The notes under the pieces: model-generated
What the model was told of the DNA's origin: nothing
The model's input: only the letters and a program-made list of their open reading frames with translations
Databases searched by the model: none
Assembly (NCBI GenBank): GCA_018062825.1
Contig: JAGORL010000001.1
Location: 314,758-378,757 of the forward strand
Source: Patescibacteria group bacterium
GTDB taxonomy: Bacteria; Patescibacteriota; Patescibacteriia; UBA9934
DNA: 64,000 bases
Direction: 5' to 3'
Shown here: one piece after another, positions 53,959 to 62,571 of the stretch
Layout: every line of letters starts with the position of its first letter
Numbering within the stretch: the stretch's first letter is position 1
Position numbers and translations under genes: made by a program

Positions 53959-54828
53959 ATGTTCGAACTGATTGATACGCATTGTCACGTCCATTTTCAA
54001 GCCTACAAAGAAGATATGGACGCGGTTGTTGAGCGCGCACTAAAAAGTAGCGTTGGCATGATTACGGTTGGCACGCAATCAACCACAAGCGCTAACGGTA
54101 TTAAGCTTGCGGAGCGTTATGATGGCGTGTGGGCCGCCGTTGGTCTGCACCCCAATCATTTGCATGCGCAAGAATTTGAAGATGAGAATGAGTTGCCACC
54201 GGGCGTTACGGCCGATCAACATGATTCGGTAAAAGTAAAAACTCGTGCCGAGCGCTTTGATCCGGAGTATTACCGACCACTTGTGGTGCATCCTAAGGTG
54301 GTAGCAGTGGGGGAGTTTGGTTTGGATTACTACCGCTTGCCACCAAACGTGGACATTGAAACCTTGAAGGCTGATCAGATGGAATCGGTGCGCACGCAGC
54401 TCACCTTTGCAAGCGATGCTGGCAAACCGGTTGTGATTCATTGCCGAGATGCGCACGCTGATCAGGCTCGTTTACTAAGAGAAGAGATCGATCGTGGTGG
54501 CTTAAAGCGCCGCGGCGTCGTGCACTGTTTCACCGGCACTGATGCCGAGGCCTCTGCCTACCGTGATATCGGCTTTTACGTTTCCTTCACCGGCATCGTG
54601 GCTTTTGGCAAGAACGTCATGGAAGCCGCCAAAAACGTCCCGCTGGAACAGATGTTGATTGAAACCGATTCCCCATACCTCACCCCGCCTCCACACCGGG
54701 GCAAGCGCAATGAACCAAGCTATGTTCGTTTCGTTGCCGAAAAGATCGCTGAAATAAAAGGCATACCTGTTGCTAAGGTTGCAGAAGTGACCACGGAAAA
54801 TGCTGTCAGATTGTTTGGGTTGGCGTAG
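53959..54828 (+). CDS. tatD: TatD-family metal-dependent hydrolase (DNase).
   Basis: N-terminal IDTHCHV. Conserved His and Glu residues. C-terminal IETDSPYL. Confidence 0.85.
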   Translation: MFELIDTHCHVHFQAYKEDMDAVVERALKSSVGMITVGTQSTTSANGIKLAERYDGVWAAVGLHPNHLHAQEFEDENELPPGVTADQHDSVKVKTRAERFDPEYYRPLVVHPKVVAVGEFGLDYYRLPPNVDIETLKADQMESVRTQLTFASDAGKPVVIHCRDAHADQARLLREEIDRGGLKRRGVVHCFTGTDAEASAYRDIGFYVSFTGIVAFGKNVMEAAKNVPLEQMLIETDSPYLTPPPHRGKRNEPSYVRFVAEKIAEIKGIPVAKVAEVTTENAVRLFGLA

Positions 54829-55026
54829 TAAATAATGGCTAATATTACAAAAGATCCGTTGACAAAACGGCAATTTTATGATACTTTTACACGTCGTACT
54901 TTATAAACGGTGATGTGTTAAAAGTGGCATTTTGAGGCTCAAAGGTGGGCTTTAAGACGCCGCTTTTAACAGTTGGTGTGCTTGTAACGGGAATAGACCC
55001 GCATCAAGTTCACTAGCGGCACCAAA

Positions 55027-55761
55027 TTGGGTATGCCCATGGCAAACCTCATTGATGCACGGGTCGAGCAAGATGTTGAGACCACGAGTCTCAGCACCTC
55101 TGACCCCGACAAGAATCCTTTCGAACAGTCGGTGACTGAGCAGATCGTGTCGCTCATTCGGGCGATCGACAAAGGAGGATGGGATATCTCGATCGAAGAC
55201 ATTGAGCGCCTCATCAAGACCGCTCCCGCGTGGCCGAAGGGTCGCCTCGCGTTTCGTTCGCTTCGTATCCGTTTCGGACATGGTGAGATGGGAGTCGCCC
55301 AAACCTTCGATCGACACGTTAAAATGATCAAGAAAGTCTTTCATGAGGGGCTCACGTATCTTGATGTTCTTCCAACGGTTAAGGCGCCGCACTATAGAGA
55401 CCTTACAAGACGCCTGCGTCTGTCGGTGGGTAATCAAACGCACAAGCCCACGATTGAGTGGATCTTGGTCGACATTGGGGCGAATCAAGAGCGGGAAGAG
55501 CTCACGGATGCTCATTTCATGCAAGGGCTTGCTGATGAACTACTTGTCTTTACGTGGATGTTTCCAAGCTACCTCAGGCGGATTACCCTCAACGACCTCG
55601 AGTACCCGATGCTGGTCGCTGCTGGTTACGAGAATTATGTCGATAATGAGCCTGACCCTTGGGTTGGGACGGTGCTTATCGACTATTCGGACAAAGTCAT
55701 ACTGTTCGACGACTTGATTGGTGGCTCGGAGATGTCGATACCGGTTGAAATCACGCAGTAA
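55027..55761 (+). CDS. Hypothetical protein, paralog B (244 aa), in a GC-rich islet.
   Basis: See paralog A at 48096-48938. Has its own conserved terminator. Confidence 0.55.
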   Translation: MGMPMANLIDARVEQDVETTSLSTSDPDKNPFEQSVTEQIVSLIRAIDKGGWDISIEDIERLIKTAPAWPKGRLAFRSLRIRFGHGEMGVAQTFDRHVKMIKKVFHEGLTYLDVLPTVKAPHYRDLTRRLRLSVGNQTHKPTIEWILVDIGANQEREELTDAHFMQGLADELLVFTWMFPSYLRRITLNDLEYPMLVAAGYENYVDNEPDPWVGTVLIDYSDKVILFDDLIGGSEMSIPVEITQ

Positions 55762-55814
55762 TCAAGTTGTGCTCGAGAACTCTTGAGACTAGCTATTCGT
55801 TTCTCGTGTCACGC

Positions 55815-55853
55815 CTCACAACCTCCGACTTCGGTCGGGGGTTGTTTCTTTTG
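55815..55853 (+). terminator. Intrinsic terminator CAACCTCCGAC-ttcg-GTCGGGGGTTG followed by TTTCTTTTGGG.
   Basis: Paralogous to 48956-48994. Confidence 0.75.
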
Positions 55854-55979
55854 GGAAAAAGATTAAAGATTAAAGTGGAAAGATGAAAGGGATGAAAGAA
55901 GCGTAAGGTAAGGTCTACTATTTCGATAAGCGCCTTTACTTTCACTCTGAAAGACGTTACGATTAGTTGTCGTTTCGCA

Positions 55980-56330
55980 TAGGGTGAACGACGCGTAAAC
56001 CCGCCCGTGTTTGTTACGGAGTCAGAAGTGCCTTCCTCGGATAAGCCCACCCATACCGCGCCCCCGCGCAGCTTCACGCCACTCGTGCCGCCGCCCAATC
56101 ACCTCGGTCCTCGTACCGAGCTCGGAGCGCCACTGCGCTTGAGTGGCGACACGCTCGTTCCGCCCGGAACGCGCTGCATCCCGCTCGCTGCCCTTGCTGA
56201 GGATCTGAACCTCGGGGGCGACATCACGTTCGTTCATCTGAGGGCGCGCCGCGACAGGTAGTTCGTACCGCGCCTCACAGTGTTTCTTTCGTACCCCCGC
56301 TAGCGCAAGCCGGCGGGGGATTTCTTTACT
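55980..56330 (+). other. GC-rich ~350-bp terminator-bounded segment of unknown nature: either a structured ncRNA or a degraded/small GC-rich gene (ORF 56007-56261 encodes a Pro-rich 84-aa product).
   Basis: ~66% GC. Nested hairpins (GAGCG-CCACT...AGTGG-CG..CGCTC; GTTCC-gccc-GGAAC). Ends with the terminator CCCCCGC-(12 nt)-GCGGGGG followed by ATTTCTTT at 56283-56325. Confidence 0.3.
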
Positions 56331-56395
56331 CCCACCTCGGCCTGCCCCCTTTCCGCCCTTCCGCCATTCCCACTTTCCGCCTACAATTCACCCAT

Positions 56396-59374
56396 ATGCT
56401 CGATACCGCACCCTTTCTTGAAGGCTTGAATAAAGAACAGGCAGCAGCCGTTCAGCATGGGAGTGGTCCACTCATGATCATTGCCGGCGCCGGTACCGGA
56501 AAAACGCAGGTAATCACGCGCCGTATTGCCTGGCTCATTGCCACCGAGGCCGCTAAGAGCGATGAAATTTTAGCGCTCACGTTTACGGAGAAGGCGGCAA
56601 ATGAAATGGAGGAGCGTGTTGATCGATTATTGCCACTTGGCTACTTAGATTTGAACATTAGTACCTTCCACGCCTTTTGTGAAAAGGTGCTCCATGCCCA
56701 TGGCATGCACATTGGCTTACCGGAAGATTTTAAAGTACTTACTGAGGTCGAGGCTTGGCTACTCATGCGCCGACACTTAAAGCGTTTTCAGTTGGACTAT
56801 TTCAGACCTCGTGGTAACCCAACGAAATTCATCAAGGCGATGCTTACCCATTTCTCGCGCGCCAAAGATGAAGGTATTACACCGGATGCGTACTTAGCGT
56901 TCGTTGAAGACCTAGTTGCTAAAAAGAGCGGGGGAGCGCCCGAGGCTTTTGCGGCTATGGCGGATGAAGACAAGTTAGAGATGCAAAAGTGGCAGGAACT
57001 TGCCGGCGCGTACGCCATGTATGAAAAGATCTTGCTTGAACAAGGCATGATTGATTTTGGCGGACTGCTTTTATACGTGAAGCAATTATTTACCGAGCGA
57101 CCAAATGTACTTGCGGAGTATCGCAAGAAGTTTGTCCATGTCATCGTGGACGAATTTCAAGATACGAACACCATTCAGTACGACATCGTGAAGCTCTTGG
57201 CCTCACCTCGTAACAACATCACGATCGTTGGTGATGATGACCAAGCCATTTATCGTTTCCGTGGTGCCGCACTCGCCAACATTCTGCAGTTCCGTTCAGA
57301 TTTCCCAGATACAGCGCGTGTTGTTCTTACGCAAAACTATCGCAGCGGCCAAAAGGTGCTTGATGCCTCGTACGGACTCATCGTGAACAACAATCCACAT
57401 CGCCTAGAGGCGTCAGAGGGTATCTCAAAGCAGTTGCAGTCAAACGTGGAGCATGAAGGTTTTGTGCATCACGTGCAAGCCAAAACGCTAGAGGAAGAGA
57501 TTGAGGCCGTAGTGCAAGAGATGACAACGCGTGTTGTCACGGGCGACGCCACCTGGCAAGACTTCGCACTTCTTTCACGTTCTAATGATGCCACTGAGCC
57601 TTTCCTTGAAGCCTTTGATCGTAACGGTATTCCGTTTCGATTTGTGGCGCTCTCGGGTTTGTACAGCAAACCGATCATCTTAGATGCGCTAGCTTGGATG
57701 CGTGCGGTGAGTGATCCGCATAACGGCACGGCGCTCTATCGTGTTTTAGCGCACCCGACTCTCGGACTTGTTGAAAAGGATCTCATGGAGCTTCTGCACT
57801 TTAGCCGTAAGAAGGGCTACGGGTTGCATACCGCCATGCGTAAGGCTATGGAATCAACGGCACTCTCCATGGAAGCTAAGACGCGCATCATGGATCTTGA
57901 GCAGCTTTTGCATGGTCTTCGTGAGCGAGTCACGCGTCGCCCAGTAACTGAGATGTTTGTGCGCATCATCAAGGAGACTGGTCTTTTGGATCAGCTGCAA
58001 GAGCTTCCAGAGCCTGAACAAGAAGAGATCTTTGGGTACCTCGATGCCTTCATGAATCGTTTGAAGCGTTACGTCGTTGCTAATCCTGATCACAAAGAGT
58101 TGAGGCACTTCCTGGAGGAGTTTGATGCGGAGCGTGAAGCTGGCGAAGGGGGGAGTTTACGTAAAGACGATGAAGAAGGGCCTGACGTTGTGAACGTGCT
58201 AACCGTGCACGCCGCTAAGGGCTTGGAGTTTCGTTACGTGTTCGTCGTGAACTTGATTGAGCAACGCTTCCCGTCTACTGCACGTTCAGAGGCACTACCG
58301 TTGCCGCCAGGCCTGTCGCGGGCGGTAAAGGAACTTGATGACCATGTAGCTGAAGAGCGCCGCTTATTCTACGTAGCGATGACCCGCGCGAAAGAGGGCC
58401 TGTTCTTGATGAGCGCTGAGGACTATGGCGGCACACGTGCCCGTAAGCCATCGCGCTTCTTGAAGGAGATCGGCTTTGAAGCGGGGGATAAGAAGGGAGA
58501 GAAGGCGGAGAAAAAGAAAAAGCCGGCCGGCGCCGATCTATCCGCGGCACCAGCTACTCCCACCTCCACCGTCCCACCTCCACCCTCCCCATACAAACTT
58601 CCTAAGCGTTTCTCGTTCTCGCAAATCGCCGCTTTTGACTCTTGCCCACAGCAGTACAAATACGCGCATATTCTTAAGGTACCAACGCTCGGTCGTTTTC
58701 AATTGAGCTTTGGTCACAGCATGCACGGCGTGTTAGATAAATTCATGCGCCGCATCCTTGATCAGCAAACTGCTCAACAAGTCGATCTTTTTGGCGCCAA
58801 ACAGACCAAAGTGGAATTGCCGGCGCTTGCTGAGGTGCTGCAAAACTACCAAGAGAAGTTTATTGATGAGTGGTACGAATCAGAAGAGCAACGTGATGAA
58901 TACAAAGAGCTCGGTCGTAAGTCGCTCATGCAGATCTACGCTGATACCGAGCGAGAACTACCAAAGCCTCGTTACCTTGAACAAGACTTCACCCTCAAGA
59001 TTCAAGACATTCTCATGAAAGGCCGTATTGACCGCATTGATGAAGTGGAGGGCGGCTACGAAATTATCGATTACAAAACCGGTACACCGAAAACCTCGCT
59101 TGATACTGCCGCCAAACGTCAGTTGATCATTTACGCTCTCGCAGCTGAAGAATGTTTTGATCCACCGCTAAACGTTGTGCGCGTTACGTACCACTACCTC
59201 ACCGACAACTCCAAAGTCAGCTTCGCGCCCTCGCAGAAAGAGAAGGACTCTATCAAGCAGTTGATCATCAATTGTGTGACTCGTATGCGTGAGAGTGACT
59301 TTACTGCAACCCCGGACCTGATGACCTGTAAGTACTGTGACTTTAAAGAGATCTGTCCGTTCGCTAAAACCTAA
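56396..59374 (+). CDS. UvrD/PcrA-family ATP-dependent DNA helicase fused to a C-terminal PD-(D/E)XK (RecB/Cas4-like) nuclease domain with a Cys cluster.
   Basis: Helicase motif I (GAGTGKT) and motifs II-VI (VDEFQDT; TVHAAKGLEF). C-terminus has DRID...EIIDYKTG (D...ExK) and Cys residues at FDSCPQQ and CKYCDFKEICP. Confidence 0.8.
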   Translation: MLDTAPFLEGLNKEQAAAVQHGSGPLMIIAGAGTGKTQVITRRIAWLIATEAAKSDEILALTFTEKAANEMEERVDRLLPLGYLDLNISTFHAFCEKVLHAHGMHIGLPEDFKVLTEVEAWLLMRRHLKRFQLDYFRPRGNPTKFIKAMLTHFSRAKDEGITPDAYLAFVEDLVAKKSGGAPEAFAAMADEDKLEMQKWQELAGAYAMYEKILLEQGMIDFGGLLLYVKQLFTERPNVLAEYRKKFVHVIVDEFQDTNTIQYDIVKLLASPRNNITIVGDDDQAIYRFRGAALANILQFRSDFPDTARVVLTQNYRSGQKVLDASYGLIVNNNPHRLEASEGISKQLQSNVEHEGFVHHVQAKTLEEEIEAVVQEMTTRVVTGDATWQDFALLSRSNDATEPFLEAFDRNGIPFRFVALSGLYSKPIILDALAWMRAVSDPHNGTALYRVLAHPTLGLVEKDLMELLHFSRKKGYGLHTAMRKAMESTALSMEAKTRIMDLEQLLHGLRERVTRRPVTEMFVRIIKETGLLDQLQELPEPEQEEIFGYLDAFMNRLKRYVVANPDHKELRHFLEEFDAEREAGEGGSLRKDDEEGPDVVNVLTVHAAKGLEFRYVFVVNLIEQRFPSTARSEALPLPPGLSRAVKELDDHVAEERRLFYVAMTRAKEGLFLMSAEDYGGTRARKPSRFLKEIGFEAGDKKGEKAEKKKKPAGADLSAAPATPTSTVPPPPSPYKLPKRFSFSQIAAFDSCPQQYKYAHILKVPTLGRFQLSFGHSMHGVLDKFMRRILDQQTAQQVDLFGAKQTKVELPALAEVLQNYQEKFIDEWYESEEQRDEYKELGRKSLMQIYADTERELPKPRYLEQDFTLKIQDILMKGRIDRIDEVEGGYEIIDYKTGTPKTSLDTAAKRQLIIYALAAEECFDPPLNVVRVTYHYLTDNSKVSFAPSQKEKDSIKQLIINCVTRMRESDFTATPDLMTCKYCDFKEICPFAKT

Positions 59375-59378
59375 TCCT

Positions 59379-59750
59379 ATGGTCTTTATAGATAAGCGCA
59401 AGCCTCGTAAGTTCACGGGCTTAACCGGCGTGAATCACTTGCTCACGGGCGCCATGGGTCGTCACGGCATCATGAAACGCGTGGAGACGTCACAGATCGT
59501 GCGTGAGGCAGAAGTGCTCCTTACTGAACTGTCTGCTGCTCCGCAAACGGAGTGGCGTGTAGCAAGTTACGTGGAGGGTACTCTTACTATTGCGTGCGCA
59601 TCACCGGCGGTAGTTGAGGTAGTGGATGCAGTGGGGGAGGCGCTAGCTCGGGCTCTTGAAGAATCTTTTCCACACATCACCGTCACGGTTCTACCCCGAT
59701 TTTCACCAAAGGAAGCTCGGCAGGGGTATACTGGAGATGTTGGAGTATGA
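59379..59750 (+). CDS. Hypothetical protein, possibly DUF721/DciA-like (124 aa).
   Basis: Size and position are right. Family assignment is weak. Confidence 0.3.
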   Translation: MVFIDKRKPRKFTGLTGVNHLLTGAMGRHGIMKRVETSQIVREAEVLLTELSAAPQTEWRVASYVEGTLTIACASPAVVEVVDAVGEALARALEESFPHITVTVLPRFSPKEARQGYTGDVGV

Positions 59751-60169
59751 ATCTACGTCACTACCTCTTCATTATCGCGCTTGGTGGGCTAGCATCACTT
59801 GCTGCCTTTTGTGTCACGCTGCTCATGATCAACCCGCTCACCGCTGGGCTCGTTGGTTTTATTGCCTTTTACATCACCCTGTTCTTCAGCATTCTCGGCT
59901 TCTTCACTTTTTTGGGTACGCTTATTCGTATGGCTCGCACCGGCGATGACTCTGAAAAAGCCATGAATACCGCGGTTGCGCGTTCCTTGCGTCAGGCCAT
60001 CTTTCTGGCGGCCTTTGTGCTAGCGCTTCTTGCGCTGACAAACGCCGGCGTCATGGGCCTGCCAACACTCCTGTTCTGTATCGGTCTTGTTGGCGCCTTG
60101 GAATACGCGTTTCTTACCTTTGCTGAACGAGATTCAAGCGTGCAGGCTGGGCGTGATCAGAGGGGATAA
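59747..60169 (+). CDS. Hypothetical membrane protein (140 aa, 4 TM).
   Basis: Hydrophobic-helix pattern. Overlaps the previous gene's stop. Confidence 0.45.
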   Translation: MNLRHYLFIIALGGLASLAAFCVTLLMINPLTAGLVGFIAFYITLFFSILGFFTFLGTLIRMARTGDDSEKAMNTAVARSLRQAIFLAAFVLALLALTNAGVMGLPTLLFCIGLVGALEYAFLTFAERDSSVQAGRDQRG

Positions 60170-60218
60170 CTCGCCTTGTTGGTGCCCTCTGCTCGTGGTG
60201 AAATGCCACGAGAACTGT

Positions 60219-61274
60219 ATGCTCAATCGCTTCTTTGGCCAATTTTCAAAAGATGTTGCTATCGATCTTGGCACATCAAATACCCGCGTTTTTGTAAAAG
60301 AACGCGGTATTGTGATGCATGAGCCATCTGTTGTTGCTATTAACAATCGCACCAACCACATTTTGGCAGTCGGTCGCACCGCCAAAGATATGGCTGGCCG
60401 CACGCCGCCGCATATCAACATCATCCGTCCGCTTACAAAGGGCGTTATCTCTGACTTTGAAGTCACCGAGAAGATGATGAAGTACTTCGTGGATAAAGTG
60501 CACGAGGAAACCTTTAACGTTGTCCCGCGTCCTCGTATTGTGATGACAGTTCCTATGGAGATCACGGAAGTAGAGCGCAAAGCTGTGGAGGATGCCGCGC
60601 TTGCAAGTGGTGCTCGTGAAGTTTTTCTTGTTGAAAGTCCTCTTGCGTCAGCTATCGGCGCCGGCTTACCGGTTGAAGAGAGCGTGGGGAGTTTGATCGT
60701 TGACATTGGTGGCGGCACCACACAAATTGCTGTGGTGTCACTTGGTGGCATTGTCACCTGGAAATCACTCACTGTTGCTAGCGACGAAATGACCAAGAGT
60801 ATTTCTCAATATGCACGCGACGTTTTCAACCTGCTCGTGGGTGAACGTGTTGCTGAGGAAGTAAAGTGGCGTATTGGTAGTACAACCGATCTTGGTACGG
60901 GTTATGAAATGGAGATGCGCGGTCGTCATTTGCTAACCGGCTTGCCTCGTCAGATCATTATTCACGAGGGGCAGATTCGTGAGGCCATGTATCGTCAGGT
61001 CCAGCAAATAACAGAGAACATCAAAGCAACCCTTGAGGTAACGCCCCCGGAACTTGTTGCAGACATCTATGAGCGCGGCCTCGTGCTTGTTGGTGGTGGT
61101 TCACTCTTGCGCGGCATCGATCGAACCATTCAGCGCGAAACCGATATCCCAGTTCGCGTTGCGGAAGACCCAACAACCGCCGGTGTTCGTGGCGCGGGCA
61201 AGCTCCTTGATCAAGAAGCCTTACTCAAAGACGTCGCTCTTCCAGCTACCGGAGCCGATGCCGCTCGTCGTTAA
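60219..61274 (+). CDS. mreB: Rod-shape-determining protein MreB (actin homolog).
   Basis: Starts at the ATG at 60219 (MLNRFFG), then DLGTSNTRVFV (phosphate 1) and conserved actin-fold motifs (DIGGGTT...VLVGGGSLL). Confidence 0.9.
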   Translation: MLNRFFGQFSKDVAIDLGTSNTRVFVKERGIVMHEPSVVAINNRTNHILAVGRTAKDMAGRTPPHINIIRPLTKGVISDFEVTEKMMKYFVDKVHEETFNVVPRPRIVMTVPMEITEVERKAVEDAALASGAREVFLVESPLASAIGAGLPVEESVGSLIVDIGGGTTQIAVVSLGGIVTWKSLTVASDEMTKSISQYARDVFNLLVGERVAEEVKWRIGSTTDLGTGYEMEMRGRHLLTGLPRQIIIHEGQIREAMYRQVQQITENIKATLEVTPPELVADIYERGLVLVGGGSLLRGIDRTIQRETDIPVRVAEDPTTAGVRGAGKLLDQEALLKDVALPATGADAARR

Positions 61275-61283
61275 TAAGAGCCT

Positions 61284-62087
61284 ATGGCGCGTTCGTGGCG
61301 TTTTACCGATGCACAAAAGCGCTCATTGCAAATCGGAGCCTTATTTGTTGGGCTCGTGTGTATCTATTTCATTTTACGCGCTGTACCGCTCACAAGCGTG
61401 CCTCTTTTGCGTTTTGAAGCCATGCTTGCGCAGTTTGGCGCCACCGCACGTCGCACGGTGAGTCGCGTAGTGATTAATGAAGGGTCGCTGAATGCGCGTT
61501 ACGAAATGTGTGAAGCCGATCGGGCGCAGCTTGTGGCAGAGAGTATTGAGCTAGCCACACTACGCGCAGAGGTTGATCAGTGGCGTGCCCTTGTTGCCTA
61601 CACGGAGCGTTCTGGAGAGGAGGGCATCGCCGCCAAAGTGGTGCGCCGTTCGGTTGAAGGCAGTGCCATGCGCGTGACGCTTGATCGAGGGAGTGAAGAT
61701 GGCGTGACGGTTGGTAGAGCAGTGATCGTTGGCGACGGTCTCTTTTTTGGAACGATCATAGGTACCGCTAACCATACAAGCGTTGTTGAGCTTGTAGTAA
61801 GTACGCAAAGCAGTGTCCCGGCCTCTCTTTTGAGTAAGGAGAGCACAATCGGTGTAGTTGAAGGCCGAGAGGGTGCGCTTCTATCTTTAGAGTTTGTGCC
61901 ACAAGATGCAGATATTGTGGCTGGCGACATTATTGCCACAAGCGGTCTTGAGGGCCGCTATCCATCCGGCTTAGCGCTCGGGATTGTAACGGATGTCACA
62001 ACCGACGCCCGCACCCCATTCAAGCGCGCTTTCATTGAGATGCTCTACGACCCGCTGTCACAGACCCAGGTAATGATCTTGCCATAG
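61284..62087 (+). CDS. mreC: Rod-shape-determining protein MreC.
   Basis: Position after mreB. N-terminal TM and coiled coil, then a C-terminal beta domain (GDIIATSGLEGRYPSGLALG). Confidence 0.8.
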   Translation: MARSWRFTDAQKRSLQIGALFVGLVCIYFILRAVPLTSVPLLRFEAMLAQFGATARRTVSRVVINEGSLNARYEMCEADRAQLVAESIELATLRAEVDQWRALVAYTERSGEEGIAAKVVRRSVEGSAMRVTLDRGSEDGVTVGRAVIVGDGLFFGTIIGTANHTSVVELVVSTQSSVPASLLSKESTIGVVEGREGALLSLEFVPQDADIVAGDIIATSGLEGRYPSGLALGIVTDVTTDARTPFKRAFIEMLYDPLSQTQVMILP

Positions 62088-62088
62088 T

Positions 62089-62571
62089 ATGGCGTTTGGC
62101 GTTCTCTTGGCGATCGTCTTTATTCTCACCCACGTGGCTAATGAAGCGATTGTGTCCGCTTTGCCATATCCGTGGGGTCTGATTAGCTTAACTACTGTTG
62201 TTGGTTGCTATGTAGCCTACAGAACGCAGGCGCTCTATGCAGCCGTCTATCTTGGAATGGCGGCTTTTGTGCAGATAACGTCGCTCCACATTCTTGGGAG
62301 CTTTCCGTATCTTGGAGCAGCGCTGGCGGTCTATCTCACGGCCACCTTTGTTTTTGCAAAGCGTTCGCTTATTGCCTATATCGGCATTGCTGCCGCCGGC
62401 TGTCTCACACAGGCTTTGGTTGCTTCAATGCTCGAGCCAAGCTATAGTGGAGTGAGTCAGCTACTACTACGGTTTATTCTTACGTTTTTCATTGCGATCA
62501 CCTTTGGTATCGCGATGGATGCGCTACTACGTCGTTTCGGTCGATCATTCATGACACGCGGACAATTATGA
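62089..62571 (+). CDS. mreD: Rod-shape-determining protein MreD.
   Basis: Small polytopic membrane protein between mreC and mrdA. Stop overlaps the next start (ATGA). Confidence 0.7.
   Translation: MAFGVLLAIVFILTHVANEAIVSALPYPWGLISLTTVVGCYVAYRTQALYAAVYLGMAAFVQITSLHILGSFPYLGAALAVYLTATFVFAKRSLIAYIGIAAAGCLTQALVASMLEPSYSGVSQLLLRFILTFFIAITFGIAMDALLRRFGRSFMTRGQL

Noticed and set aside
55980-56330. RNase P RNA, tmRNA, SRP RNA or cobalamin-riboswitch identity for the GC-rich structured segment.
   Set aside because: Several hallmark motifs are missing on either strand. There is no GGAAAGTCCGGGC or ACAGAA.CCGGCTTA (RNase P). No tRNA-like acceptor/T-arm pair or tag ORF (tmRNA). No GGAAGCAGC domain-IV motif (SRP). 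Only an isolated GCCACTG resembles the B12 box.
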